Source: an uncultured Thermoplasmata archaeon
GTDB taxonomy: Archaea; Thermoplasmatota; Thermoplasmata; Lutacidiplasmatales; UBA184
Length of the DNA stretch: 64,000 bases
Assembly (NCBI GenBank): GCA_963771555.1
Contig: CAVYTM010000003.1
Span: forward strand, 51,410-115,409
Direction of reading: 5' to 3'
Shown: piece after piece, positions 10,170-20,714 of the stretch
Position numbering within the stretch: the first letter of the stretch is position 1
Layout of the letters: each line of letters opens with the position of its first letter
Notes under the pieces: model-generated
Databases searched by the model: none
Told to the model about the DNA's origin: nothing
The model's input: the letters and a program-made list of their open reading frames with translations, nothing else
Translations under genes and position numbers: made by a program

Positions 10170-10615
10170 GATGCTTCCGTGCGTGACTTCGATTTCGTGA
10201 CCACCCGGACGGGACCGAGGGAGGTGGTGGGATAGAGCCCCCGCGCATCCTTCTCGAGGTACTTGACCATGTCCCAAACGGTAAGGAGCGCGACACTCGC
10301 CCCGACGAGCGCTTCCATCTCGACGCCCGTGCGGTCGACCGTCTCGGCCTCGGCTCTCACCCGGACCCCGCGACGCGAGACTACGAGCTCCACCGAACTC
10401 GCCGTCAATGCCACGGCGTGGCAGTGCGGGATGAGCTCTGAGGTCCGTTTCATGGCCAGGAGTCCGGCAACCTCCCCCGCGGAGAGGGGGTCACCTTTCT
10501 GGACACGGCGGCCCCGGACCGCGCGACGCGTCCCGGCGCTCGTGCGGAGCTCACCCACCGCGACCGCCCGACGGTGAACCCGGGGTTTTCCAGCGACGTC
10601 GCGTTGGCGGGCCAC
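10166..10615 (-). CDS. moaC: Cyclic pyranopterin monophosphate synthase
   Basis: KGDPL, KRTSELIPHCH, TGVEMEAL, WDMVK. Confidence 0.95.
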   Translation of the reverse strand: MARQRDVAGKPRVHRRAVAVGELRTSAGTRRAVRGRRVQKGDPLSAGEVAGLLAMKRTSELIPHCHAVALTASSVELVVSRRGVRVRAEAETVDRTGVEMEALVGASVALLTVWDMVKYLEKDARGLYPTTSLGPVRVVTKSKSRTEAS

Positions 10616-10618
10616 GCG

Positions 10619-11602
10619 CTACTTCCCTCCGGGAACGCTCGCAGCCATATGGGCGAGAACCGCCTCGAGCTGTATCCTGTCGGAGGCGCCCTGGGCGAGA
10701 CGGAAATCGACCTCGCCGAGATACTCGAGCAGCCGCACCTTCTCGCGGGCGGGAAGGACGTTATCCGGGATGTCGGGAAGGTAGGTGTGGATCGCCTTCA
10801 GGATGTCTTCGCCGGACGCCCCGCGTTCGACGAACATCGCGAACAAACGGTCGCGTGCGTCCCGGAAGTTCCCAGCGAGCGCCGCCGTGAGCATGCCCTC
10901 CACCTCGCGACGCAAGGGAATCGTCGCGTACTCCTTGATCGTCTCCGCGGTGATGCTGTCCGAGTGCGTACCGGCGAGCTGAAGCAGGTTCGTGGCGCGT
11001 CGCATGTCGCCACCGCTCGCCGTTAGGATCGTCTCGAGCGCCTCGGCCGAGACCTTCTTTCCCTCGGCCGTTGCGATCCGTTTGACCTGGGTGCGCACCG
11101 CCTCCGGCGAGTACGCTCGGAAACGAAAGACCGCGCATCGCGACTGGATCGGGTCGATGATGCGGGAGGAGTAGTTGCACGAGAGGATGAATCGGCAGGA
11201 CCCCGAGTACCGCTCCATCAGCCGGCGCAACGAGGCCTGCGCCTCGGAAGTGAGATTGTCCGCTTCGTCCAGGAATAGGATCTTGAACCCCACGTCGCCG
11301 AGCGGGGACGTTCGCGCGTACTGTTTGATGGTGGTGCGCACGGTGTCGATCCCACGTTCATCGCTCGCGTTTAATTCTAAAAACGAGGTCCGCCAATCCG
11401 CGCCGAAGAGGTCGCGCGACAGGGCGAGGGCCGCCGTGGTCTTGCCGCTTCCCGGAGGACCGGCGAAAAGAAGGTGTGGCATCGAGCGCTTCTCGGCGTA
11501 CGACCGTAGGAGCGGAAGGATCGCGTCCTGGCCGACCATGTCCCTGAGGGAGCTGGGCCGGTACTTTTCGACCCAAACGGCCTCGGTCCCGCGAGCCGCC
11601 AT
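10619..11602 (-). CDS. rfcS: Replication factor C small subunit
   Basis: WVEKYRP, GPPGSGKTT, ELNASDERG, DEAD, SRC; no intein. Confidence 0.97.
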   Translation of the reverse strand: MAARGTEAVWVEKYRPSSLRDMVGQDAILPLLRSYAEKRSMPHLLFAGPPGSGKTTAALALSRDLFGADWRTSFLELNASDERGIDTVRTTIKQYARTSPLGDVGFKILFLDEADNLTSEAQASLRRLMERYSGSCRFILSCNYSSRIIDPIQSRCAVFRFRAYSPEAVRTQVKRIATAEGKKVSAEALETILTASGGDMRRATNLLQLAGTHSDSITAETIKEYATIPLRREVEGMLTAALAGNFRDARDRLFAMFVERGASGEDILKAIHTYLPDIPDNVLPAREKVRLLEYLGEVDFRLAQGASDRIQLEAVLAHMAASVPGGK

Positions 11603-11651
11603 GGATTTCCTCCTACGTTCTCCCGGGATGCCTAATTAGCGTTGCCCGGGG

Positions 11652-12098
11652 TTACGGAGCGGGCGTGCGGCCCACGGTGGAGCTCCTCGCTTCGAGCCGG
11701 CGCTCGTCCGCCCGGTGTCGGCGCAGGGCCTCCCCCAGGACGCGCCCGTACTGTCCCAGGGCTTGACGGTGCCCACCGTGGTCTTCCTTCTCGACGACCC
11801 GGAAGAACCACCAGAACTGCTCGAGCGATGTCTCGAACCACTCATGATCGCTGAGAACCACCGTCGCGCCCCGAGCGGCCTCTTCGTCGGCGTCCAGGAG
11901 CGGAACGACCCATCGGTCCGCGGAGACCCGATGGGTGCGGACCGCACTTTCGACCTCTTCGAGCGCCTTCCGAAGGTCGGAAAGGGGATATTCCTCGAGC
12001 AGGACGAGACCGTAGCTCCATTGCTCGAGCCAATCGACCTTCTCGTCGAACGTCCGGGGCGGAGAACGCAGGTCGACGGACGGTCGCGGAAACGGCAT
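11652..12098 (-). CDS. Hemerythrin-like helical protein
   Basis: Start MPFPRP; His spacing RTH...SDHE...RRHRADE typical of HHE four-helix bundles. Confidence 0.5.
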   Translation of the reverse strand: MPFPRPSVDLRSPPRTFDEKVDWLEQWSYGLVLLEEYPLSDLRKALEEVESAVRTHRVSADRWVVPLLDADEEAARGATVVLSDHEWFETSLEQFWWFFRVVEKEDHGGHRQALGQYGRVLGEALRRHRADERRLEARSSTVGRTPAP

Positions 12099-12400
12099 CG
12101 ACCGCCGATTCGGTCCCTCACGGAAATCCGTTGCGGACCCCGTACTTCTCCGTCGGTGGTCACCGAAAGTGCGTGTTCGGTGTGCGTCCGGAGAATGACC
12201 TAGGAAACGATGCTGAGCTCGATGAACGGCCTCTGCGTCCGGTCCGCGGTCGAGCAAGCGATGAGCCACCGAGAGAACCCCGTCCCCCTGCCTCCCCGGC
12301 GAACCTTCGACCATCCGCCGGTCGAACGTCCCCTCTCAGGAGGTGGGGGGCCGGGAGCGGTGCCCGAACCTCGGGCGCGCCTTCGGTTCGGGGTTTCGGA

Positions 12401-13466
12401 CTAGGTTCCGACCGGAGGTGGTCCTCGGGCGCCGAGCGGAACGCGAGACATCGCGTGCCGCGCGTTGAGGGTACGGTTCAGCCGAACGAGGAGATAGATG
12501 AAGACGGCTGTGACCGCGAGGATCCCCGGGACCCCGATGAACTCGATGAGGACGTCCCAGACGAAGAGCGCGGTCATCATCCCGGCGGCGAAATAGAATT
12601 CCGAACGCTCGAGGTCCTCGGTGCCCACCCATCGCAGAACGAGGTACAGGGTCGCCGCGTTCGCGAGAACCAGGAAGATCGCCGCGCCCAACGCGGGGAT
12701 CGCGCGCGTCGTGGAGAACACGAGAACGAGAGTATACGCGGCGAATTCGACCGCTCCTAAGAGCCCTAACGCCCTCGGGCTGACCGTCCGGGATCCCGGC
12801 TGGACCGAAAGAAGGTATCGCGGCGCCCAAAGCGCGAGGGCGACGAGCAGCGCGACCACGGCCACGAAGAAGGCCAGGACGGCGGGAGTCGGACCGTGTC
12901 CCACGAGGGAACCGAAGATGACCACTTCGCCCACGAAGACGCCGGCCAGAATCGTGATCGTGCGACGACCGAGCCATCGGGCGTTCTTCACCTGGGGGAA
13001 CCAGAGGCACGTCAGGAGGATCGGGAGTGCGATCGAGTACGTGGAGTGGAAGACGGTGAGTGCGAGGGCCCACACCCAGTTCACTCCGAACAAGTGGCCG
13101 TACGAACCGAGAGCATTCACCGGGGGGCCGGACGGTAGGAAAAACGTGTGGACCTCGAATCCCTCTTCCGCGATGCCATACGCCGCTCCCAGGAGGAGGA
13201 TCGACGCCCAGCTCTTCTGGAACTGCACCGCGAATTCGCGGATCAGCAACGCCCCGGCTCCGTAGAGAGCGATGTCGAGCGTGAATCCGACGACGAATCC
13301 AATCGGGTTCACGACGAGCTCCGTGATCGGAGTCGAACCGGTCAAGTAGCTCGGGGATGCTGGGGGCGAGCAAGAGGAGGGCGTAGGCCGGAAGGTTGCG
13401 GCGGAAGTAGCTCCTCAGCCGGTCCCGACGCTGCCCGATGCGTCTCCCCCCTCCCGGCTGCGCCAT
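12401..13466 (-). CDS. Multi-pass membrane protein (apparent frameshift ~13345)
   Basis: N-terminus ...AYALLLLAPSIPE joins LTGSTP...YGIAEEG...VFHSTYSI; about 9-10 hydrophobic segments. Confidence 0.7.
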
Positions 13467-13544
13467 CCCGTTACTTGAATCATCGGTTGCATCTCGGGGG
13501 CTGCCGGCGTTATTAGCCGAGGGAGCCTCGTGGGCCTTGGTCCT

Positions 13545-14339
13545 ATGAGGGAGCTCCTCGCCCACGTCGCCTTTCGCGGCACGATCCGAGAACGGAGCGT
13601 CGACCCGTACGTTCGGCTGCTGAAGACCCTTCGATACAAGCGCCGCGTCAAGGGCGTACTGCTCGACCTGTCGAGCGGAGGCGGAGAGGCGATCGCCTCG
13701 ATGGATTTCTATCTCGCCGTGAAGCGGCTGAACGAGATCAAGCCCGTCTACGCATCGATCGGGTCGATCGGAGCTTCGGGTGCCTACATGGCTGCGCTCG
13801 GTGCCAAGAAGATCTTCGCCTACCCGGAGTCCGACGTCGGGTCGATCGGGGTCATCTCGGCCCATTTCGCGGTGCGGGACCTCGTCCGACGCCTCGGGAT
13901 CTCCGTCGAGCTGCTCCACGCGGGCGTCCACAAGGACGCCTACCAGGGATACCGGCCCCTCACCGAGGTGGAACGGGCCAAGTTGCAGGCGATCACGCAG
14001 GAGGGGTACGACGTCTTCGTTCAGCTGGTCGCGAAGGAGCGCAAGCGATCGGTCGAAGAGATCCTCCCGCTCGCCACGGGCGAGTTCTGGACCGGGACCC
14101 AGGCGCTCAAGCTCGGACTGATCGACGCGCTGGCCGACCGCGAGGCCGTGCTCGAGGAGCTTGCCCACGCCACGGGCGTCTCGTCCCGAAAGACGGTCCG
14201 AGTGAGCCCTCCTCGCGCGTTGTTCGACCGATTCTTCGGGGGCGCGGCCGACAGTCTCGGCACGGGCCTCGTCCGCCGGTTCCAGGATTCGCTCGAGGAC
14301 GTCGTCCTGGACGGCGAGCGCTTCTCGCTGCGTCGCTGA
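13545..14339 (+). CDS. sppA: Signal peptide peptidase (S49 family)
   Basis: SSGGG, ASGAYMAA, VGSIGV, HKD, TGEFWTGTQALKLGLID. Confidence 0.92.
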   Translation: MRELLAHVAFRGTIRERSVDPYVRLLKTLRYKRRVKGVLLDLSSGGGEAIASMDFYLAVKRLNEIKPVYASIGSIGASGAYMAALGAKKIFAYPESDVGSIGVISAHFAVRDLVRRLGISVELLHAGVHKDAYQGYRPLTEVERAKLQAITQEGYDVFVQLVAKERKRSVEEILPLATGEFWTGTQALKLGLIDALADREAVLEELAHATGVSSRKTVRVSPPRALFDRFFGGAADSLGTGLVRRFQDSLEDVVLDGERFSLRR

Positions 14340-14353
14340 ACCGCCGACAGCGG

Positions 14354-14360
14354 TTATATA
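14354..14360 (+). promoter_or_regulatory. TATA box of the Sec61beta gene
   Basis: TTATATA about 30 nt upstream of ATG 14386 in a GC-rich background. Confidence 0.6.
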
Positions 14361-14385
14361 GCGCCTCCGCGCTCGGACGGTCGAC

Positions 14386-14547
14386 ATGCCCGAACAGCGC
14401 CGGACCGGCTTCTCGAGCGCGGCGGGTCTCATCCAGTACTACGACATGGAGGAGACCCGGGCGCTCAAGCTCAATCCGTACTTCGTGATGAGCATGGGTA
14501 TCGCCGCGGCGATCCTGGTCGAGATCCTCAACTGGCGGCTCGTTTAA
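14386..14547 (+). CDS. secG: Preprotein translocase subunit Sec61beta
   Basis: 53-aa ORF not in track: MPEQRRTGFSSAAGLIQYYDMEETRALKLNPYFVMSMGIAAAILVEILNWRLV (AGLIxYY..E..KLxP plus TM). Confidence 0.9.
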   Translation: MPEQRRTGFSSAAGLIQYYDMEETRALKLNPYFVMSMGIAAAILVEILNWRLV

Positions 14548-15530
14548 CCGACCGCGAGCGTCGCCGCCATCGGCAAGGGGTCCGCGATCGACATTCTCCC
14601 GGGGAGGAAGCGCCCCTCGTTCTTCCGGCCGAGCAGGACCACCTTCGAATCCGGAGATTCGTCGAGCACGAGGTAACCGGTCTTCGAGGCCAAGCGTCGA
14701 GCGAACCCCGCGATCTCCTCGTGGGTCGGCTCCTGGTCGCGCCCGAGACGCTGTCGGGACTTCCCCATGTAGACGTAGCCCTTCGGCTCGATGAAATCCG
14801 GGCGCGCGATCGCGTCGAGCTCGGCGTACGCGTGGACCCAACCGAGGTTCCATCCTTTCACGAGGGTGTGGCGCACCACCCGACGGGTCCGCAGGTCGCG
14901 AACGATGGAGAGCGATTCCCGGAGCCGTTCCCACGCATCCTCCTGGGCCGGGAGCGTGAGTCGGCGGAAGACCTGCGCGTTCGGCGCCGTGACCGAGACG
15001 TAGAGTTGCGTCGGGAGCGGGTCGAGGGCCCGCAGCGCGTCGGGGTTGGTCCCGTTCGTCACGAGGAAGGTCGTGATGCCGCGTTCGTGGCACAGCTCGA
15101 GGAACCGGTTCATCTTGGGATAGAGGGTCGGCTCGCCCGTGAGGGAGATAGCGATGTGCTTCGGTGTCTGGGCTTCGTCCCACCGTTCGAGCGAAACGTC
15201 CGCATCGCCCTTGAACCCTGACAGAATGCGCCGTTGGGCGCCGATGGAGCGGTCGAGCAGGGTCTCGGGGTCGTCGAACTCGGGCATCGTCTCGTCGTTC
15301 TCCCAGCCCTGGTTGCGCCAGCAGAAGCGGCAGTGGAGGTTGCAGGAATCGATCGCGGGGGACATCTGGAGGCAGCGGTGGCTCTCGATGCCGTAGAACC
15401 TACCCTTGTAGCAATCCCGTCCCCGAGAGAGCGATTCGCGCGACCAATAACAGAGCTTGACCGCGCTGTGCTTTCCGACGAGCTGGTATCCCTGCCCCGC
15501 GAGCTCGTTCGAGAGGTCTTGGTCACCCAT
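14544..15530 (-). CDS. taw1: 4-demethylwyosine synthase (radical SAM, Taw1/TYW1)
   Basis: HSAVKLCYW, CYKGRFYGIESHRC, CxxxCxxC, SLTGEPTLYP, IEPKGY. Confidence 0.95.
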   Translation of the reverse strand: MGDQDLSNELAGQGYQLVGKHSAVKLCYWSRESLSRGRDCYKGRFYGIESHRCLQMSPAIDSCNLHCRFCWRNQGWENDETMPEFDDPETLLDRSIGAQRRILSGFKGDADVSLERWDEAQTPKHIAISLTGEPTLYPKMNRFLELCHERGITTFLVTNGTNPDALRALDPLPTQLYVSVTAPNAQVFRRLTLPAQEDAWERLRESLSIVRDLRTRRVVRHTLVKGWNLGWVHAYAELDAIARPDFIEPKGYVYMGKSRQRLGRDQEPTHEEIAGFARRLASKTGYLVLDESPDSKVVLLGRKNEGRFLPGRMSIADPLPMAATLAVG

Positions 15531-15586
15531 CGGCCGAGGGGTCCACCGAGCTGAGGGCCATAAGGCTTTGGAAATTCTCTCGGAAC

Positions 15587-16486
15587 TTAGGTGAACTCTT
15601 CGCGTTCGAAAAGCCAAAGCCCGGCGAGCGCGGTGAGGATGAAGTAACCGAACATGATGGCGAACCCTTCGAGGTACGTGGGGTTCCACGTCGTCGAAGT
15701 GATGCTGGCGCCCCGCGCCCCCGGCAGGGTCCCGGTGGTAACATGCGGGGGCAAGGTCGACAGGAACGGGTAGCCGATCACCTGGTCAGCGTAGGTGATG
15801 ATGAACCAGGGCTCGATCTTCACGAGGTCGGTGATGACGCCCTGAAGCAGGGAGAACCCGAACAGGAAGAGCACCGCGACGACGAGCACTGCGTAGAGGC
15901 TGTTCTTGAACAGCGAGCTGAACAGAAAGACCGACCCGAGGAGCGCGAAGAGGTAGAGGAGCGAGATGAGGAACGACTCGCCGAGAGCGATCGGCAACGC
16001 GTTCCCGTGAAGATAGTACGCTCCGTTCGCGAGCAGGATCGCGAGGTAGAAGAACACCGCCACGAGCGAGGCAGCGAGCGCGGCGAGGAACTTGCCGACG
16101 TAGACCGTCGTCCGCTTGATCGGGAGTCCCATGAGGAAGTAGCCGGTCTTGTTCTGGAACTCTCCGGCGATCGCGTCGCCGCCGAAGATGATGCCCGCGA
16201 AGATGATCACGATGGTGACTCCGCCGGCCCAGGCCGACCCGTAGAAGGCGTCCGCACTCGAGAGAAGGCCCTGGACCGCGGCGTTCGAGTTGAAGTAGGC
16301 GAGGACGAACGAGAGGATGCCCCCGATTGCCGCCACGATGAGCATCATCAGGACGAATCGGCGCGAGCGTAGATAGTCGCGGAACTGGTACCGCGAGAGG
16401 AGGAGCGCCTGCGCGAGCGTGCCCGGTACCACGCCCATCGTCGTGGATCCGTGGGGTTTCAAGACGTTCGGTGTCGCCGCGGCCAT
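15587..16486 (-). CDS. ABC-2 type transporter permease
   Basis: GGDAIAGEFQNKTGYFLMGLPIKRTTVYVGKF motif, about 6 TMs; abuts the ATPase gene. Confidence 0.88.
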   Translation of the reverse strand: MAAATPNVLKPHGSTTMGVVPGTLAQALLLSRYQFRDYLRSRRFVLMMLIVAAIGGILSFVLAYFNSNAAVQGLLSSADAFYGSAWAGGVTIVIIFAGIIFGGDAIAGEFQNKTGYFLMGLPIKRTTVYVGKFLAALAASLVAVFFYLAILLANGAYYLHGNALPIALGESFLISLLYLFALLGSVFLFSSLFKNSLYAVLVVAVLFLFGFSLLQGVITDLVKIEPWFIITYADQVIGYPFLSTLPPHVTTGTLPGARGASITSTTWNPTYLEGFAIMFGYFILTALAGLWLFEREEFT

Positions 16487-17430
16487 CAATCCCCCTTCGA
16501 AATCTCCTGCAGGTAGAGCTCTTCGAGCGCACTCTGGGAAGGCTCGAAGCTCAGGAGGCCAAGGCGCGCAGTCGCCAGTCGCTCGAGGACCTGCGCTTGA
16601 CTCTCGGCGCCCCCGGTGATCGTCACTTTCGCCCGCTGCGGGTCGACCCGCGAAACGGCCGTCACCCCGGGGAGGGACGCTACCTGGGCGGACAGCGTCT
16701 CGTCCGGGATCGGCCGTAAGAAGGTCAGTTGGACGGAGGTTGCGTTGCCCGTCAACCGCGACGACACGTTGGAAAGTGCGTCGTAGAAGAGGAGCTTTCC
16801 GTGGTCGATGAGCGCGACCTCGTCGCACACATCCACGACTTCGCTCAGGATGTGGCTGCTCATGAAAATCAGGCGGTTCTCCTTCTTGAGGCCGCGGACG
16901 ATGTTGCGGACCTCGGCCATACCCCGGGGGTCGAGGCCGGTGCTGGGCTCGTCCAGGATGACGACCTCGGGGTCCGAGAGCAACGATGCGGCGATGTTCA
17001 CGCGCTGTTTCATCCCCTTCGAAAAGCGGCCTACCTTCTGGGTGGCCCATTCGGTCATCTTGACCTCTTCGAGGACCACAGCGGTCCGGGAACGAATCTC
17101 GTCGGGACGCATTCCCCGGAGGGCGCCGCTCATTTCGAGCGCCTCACGGGGGGTGAGCGACGGATAGATCTCGGGAGACTCGATCAGGTCGCCGCACACG
17201 GACAAGGCCCGCTTCCGGTCGTCCTGCACCGAGACGCCGTTGATGAATGCCTCGCCTTCCGAGGGGAAGATCAGGTCGGTGAACATCTTCAGGGTCGTCG
17301 TCTTCCCCGCGCCGTTAGGCCCCAGGAAACCGACGCACTTCGCCCCGTCCACCTTCAGGTTCAGGTGGTCAAGCGCCGTGAACGACCCGAAACTCTTCGT
17401 CAATCCACGCGCTTCGAGACTCGGGGTCAT
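16486..17430 (-). CDS. ABC transporter ATP-binding protein
   Basis: GPNGAGKTT, FSKGMKQR, ILDEPSTGLDP, SSH. Confidence 0.95.
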   Translation of the reverse strand: MTPSLEARGLTKSFGSFTALDHLNLKVDGAKCVGFLGPNGAGKTTTLKMFTDLIFPSEGEAFINGVSVQDDRKRALSVCGDLIESPEIYPSLTPREALEMSGALRGMRPDEIRSRTAVVLEEVKMTEWATQKVGRFSKGMKQRVNIAASLLSDPEVVILDEPSTGLDPRGMAEVRNIVRGLKKENRLIFMSSHILSEVVDVCDEVALIDHGKLLFYDALSNVSSRLTGNATSVQLTFLRPIPDETLSAQVASLPGVTAVSRVDPQRAKVTITGGAESQAQVLERLATARLGLLSFEPSQSALEELYLQEISKGD

Positions 17431-17573
17431 AGTAGCCTAGCTGAGCCCGGTCTTAGTCGGATGGCACAAAAGCGTACCGCCCCAGTGCAATGGATTGGCA
17501 CGGCGCGGGGAGGGAGACACGTGAGCGAGCGCTCCGACGAGTCCAGCGGGGAACCATACAACGTACGTCCCGA

Positions 17574-19705
17574 CTAGGCCGTCGAGGCTTCCTCGCGAGG
17601 GCCGCCGACCGGGGACACGGCTCGACGTTGCTCGCCCCGGGAGCGCCGTCGCAGGGACAGGGAATTAAGAACCACCGTGGTCGATGACAGACCCATCGCC
17701 AGGGCACCGATCATGGGAAGGATTGAGTAGATCCCGAACCCGAGCCAAGGAATGAGGACCCCCGCCGCGATCGGCAGGAGCACCAGATTGTACCCCACGG
17801 CCCAGGAGAGATTCCCTCGCACCTTGTCCACCGTCCGACGGGCGATCCTCAGGGCCTCCGGAACGCCGGAGAAATCCGACCGAACCAAAAGCACTTGACC
17901 CGCCTCCCGCGCGATTTCGCTCCCGGTTCCGATCGCCATGCCCACGTCCGCGGCCGAAAGGGCTGCCGCGTCATTGACCCCGTCGCCGACGAACGCCACA
18001 TGATGACCCGCTCGACGGTAACGTTCTACGAGTTCCAGCTTCCCTGCAGGGGCGGTCTCCGCGTGCACTTCGACCAGCCCAAGCCCGTCGGCCACGGCGC
18101 GCGCCGCGGCGGAGCCATCTCCCGTGACCATGACCACACCGATGCCCATCTCCCTGAGCCGCTCAACGGCCCCCGGCACGTTGGGAGCCACGGGGGAACG
18201 GAACCGTAGCAATCCCCACAGCTCGCCCCCTACGAGCACCATCGACCAAGAGTCTCCCGCCGTCTCGGCCTCACGGACCGCGTCGGAGACCGGGGCCAGG
18301 TCCACCGAATCCGCGGAAGGGCCGTGGCCACGAAGAATCGCGGTGGGTTTTCCCGAGTATTGGCCTCGCACCCCGAGACCGGGCTCGATCCGAACCTCGG
18401 CCACGGGGGCCGGAACGACCCCCTCCTTCGCCGCGCGAGCGAGCACCGCACGGGCCAGCACATGCTCCGAACCGGTCTCGAGACCTGCGGCGATCGAGAG
18501 GACCTCGGCGGAGGTATGCGGCGGGACTCCGCGAATCTCGGTGACCTGGGGCGAAGCGCTCGTGAGCGTCCCCGTCTTGTCGGTCAGCACGAGATCGATG
18601 CGGGCCGCCCGCTCGAGGGCGTCCCCGCCGCGAAACAGGACACCCTCATCCGCCGCCCGACCCGTCCCCACGAGGATCGCGGCGGGCGTGGCGATGCCGA
18701 ACGCGCAGGGGCAGGCGGTGATCGAGACCGTGACGAAGATGAGGAGCGCGACCGTGAAGCCCGCCCCGCCGAAGAGGAACCATGCCAGGGCGGAAACGAG
18801 GGCGAGGCTGAGCACCACCGGCACGAAGACGGCCGCGATCCGGTCGGCGGTCCGTTGTAGCGGAACTCGGGACATTTCCGCCTCGGTGAGAAGGCGCCCC
18901 ACCTGGGCCACGAACGTGTCGGACCCGACGTCGGTCGCCTCCACCTCGACCGCTCCCTCGCCGTTGATGGCTCCCGCGAGCACTCGGTCGCCCGGCCCTT
19001 TCGACACCGGAAGCGACTCTCCCGTCAGGAGGGACTCGTCCACGCTGGTGCGGCCCGATCGGACGACCCCATCCGCCGCGAATCGGCCGCCCGGCAGGAC
19101 TCGCATCCGGTCCCCCCGAGGACCTCGCTCGAAGGGATCGAAAGGAGGACTCCCGAGCGCATCACCTGGGTCTGACGGGGAAGGAGTTCCTCGAGGCGGC
19201 CGAGGGCAGAGCCGGCTCGGACCCGGGTGAGGTGCTCGAGGTAGTTCCCTGTCAGGATCAGGGTGATGATCAGGGCGGACGCATCGAAGTAGGTGGCCGA
19301 AGGAAGGCGGCCGGGGAGGAAGACCACGACCAGGCTGTAGAGGAACGCGACGCTCGTCCCGATGGCGATCAGCACGTCCATGTTGGCGGTCCGATGGCGA
19401 ACGGCGTCGCACGTGCCGCGATAGAAGGACCATCCCGGGGTAGAACTGGACGACGGCCGCCAACCCCGCCGCCACGAAGGTCGAGCCCGAGAACACGGGA
19501 GCGTAGGTGAGGAAGAGGATGACCACCGAGCAGGGGCCAGGCCAAGGCGAGGCGACGCATCAATCGCACGCGCTCGTGCTCGGGCTCCGCAAATGTCCGC
19601 TGACAGGTTCTGGCTGCAAAAGTAGTAGGTCCGATTCTCCCGGGTCAGCAGGAGAGCCTCGGGCCCGGGCTCGACGAACATCCCGCAGACCGGGTCGGTC
19701 GGCAT
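17574..19705 (-). CDS. copA: Cu(I)-type P1B ATPase with N-terminal YHS/TRASH domain (several frameshifts 19100-19620)
   Basis: MPTDPVCGM..YYFCS; NMDVLIAIGT; TGES; CPC; DKTGT; GDGVND; YN and MxxSS TM motifs. Confidence 0.9.
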
Positions 19706-19746
19706 GGTCGAGGGAAAACCGCCAAAGAGTGACGCGCGAGCCGGGA

Positions 19747-19893
19747 TTACCTCGGCCGAGCCGCGTGGGCTCGATCGTAGCTCCGATGGCAGGCCTCGGA
19801 ACAGAAGAACACGGTAGTGCCATCGTAGACCCCGCGTGCGGCCGCCTTCGAATCCTCGATCACCATTCCGCAGACCGGGTCCTTCACCTTCAT
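19747..19893 (-). CDS. YHS/TRASH-domain copper chaperone
   Basis: 48-aa ORF not in track: MKVKDPVCGMVIEDSKAAARGVYDGTTVFFCSEACHRSYDRAHAARPR, directly upstream of copA. Confidence 0.85.
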   Translation of the reverse strand: MKVKDPVCGMVIEDSKAAARGVYDGTTVFFCSEACHRSYDRAHAARPR

Positions 19894-19991
19894 CGGGCGG
19901 TTCAGCGCGCCCGGGAATAAAGGTTGGGCGGTGACGAGAATCCGTCGACCCGGTCGAAACCTCTTTGACCCGGGGTTTGTCCCCGGAGTCG

Positions 19992-20318
19992 ATGGTCACG
20001 GAGATGGAACCGACCGAGGCGGCCCGCCGGTTGAAGGCGACCCCGGACAGGGTGCTTCTGCTGGATGTCCGTGAACCGTTCGAGCGGGAGGTTGCGGTGA
20101 TCCAGCCCTCCTTGCACATCCCGATGAACGAAATCCCGGAGCGGATCGAGGAGATCCCGAAGGATCGGGAATTGATCGTCTACTGCCATGGCGGTACACG
20201 GTCGATGATGGTTGCCGGTTATCTCCAGAGCCGCGGTTTCAAGTCGGTCGTCAACCTGAGCGGCGGCATCGATGCCTGGTCGGTCGAAGTCGACCCGTCG
20301 GTCCCACGGTACGGCTGA
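19992..20318 (+). CDS. Rhodanese-domain sulfurtransferase
   Basis: LLDVREPFE, YCHGGTRS, NLSGGIDAW. Confidence 0.92.
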   Translation: MVTEMEPTEAARRLKATPDRVLLLDVREPFEREVAVIQPSLHIPMNEIPERIEEIPKDRELIVYCHGGTRSMMVAGYLQSRGFKSVVNLSGGIDAWSVEVDPSVPRYG

Positions 20319-20697
20319 GTTCCTCCCGGGAAGCCCCACCCGTCCGATTCGGACCGAACTCAGAGACTGATCGCCGCCGGCTCGTGCGCTCATCGGGGTC
20401 CGGTGATTGTTCGAAGACTTCGATGTATCCCCGCATCTTCCAGTAGGTATCGAGGAATTCCTGCCCGCGCGGCGTGATGTCGTAGACCGCGCGTCCATCG
20501 AACTCCTCGGATTTGAGCAGGCCCAACGACTGGAGGCGGTCCACAAAGTTGCGCAACCGATCGACGGGCATGCCGGCCCCGTAGGAGATTCGGGTGATCC
20601 GCGCCGCGCCGTGATAGCGCTTCACGACCTCGAGGACCGTGGCGTAGAGGTCACTGACCTCACGACGACGCGGAGTCCCCGAGGAGCCCTCCAGCAT
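20251..20697 (-). CDS. Winged helix-turn-helix protein (archaeal HTH_45-like)
   Basis: RRREVSDLYATVLE..ARITRISYGAG..LGLL..YDITPRGQEFL; 3' end overlaps the rhodanese gene, so the stop is uncertain. Confidence 0.75.
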   Translation of the reverse strand: MLEGSSGTPRRREVSDLYATVLEVVKRYHGAARITRISYGAGMPVDRLRNFVDRLQSLGLLKSEEFDGRAVYDITPRGQEFLDTYWKMRGYIEVFEQSPDPDERTSRRRSVSEFGPNRTGGASREELSRTVGPTGRLRPTRHRCRRSG

Positions 20698-20714
20698 GCG
20701 CTCGACCTTCGACG

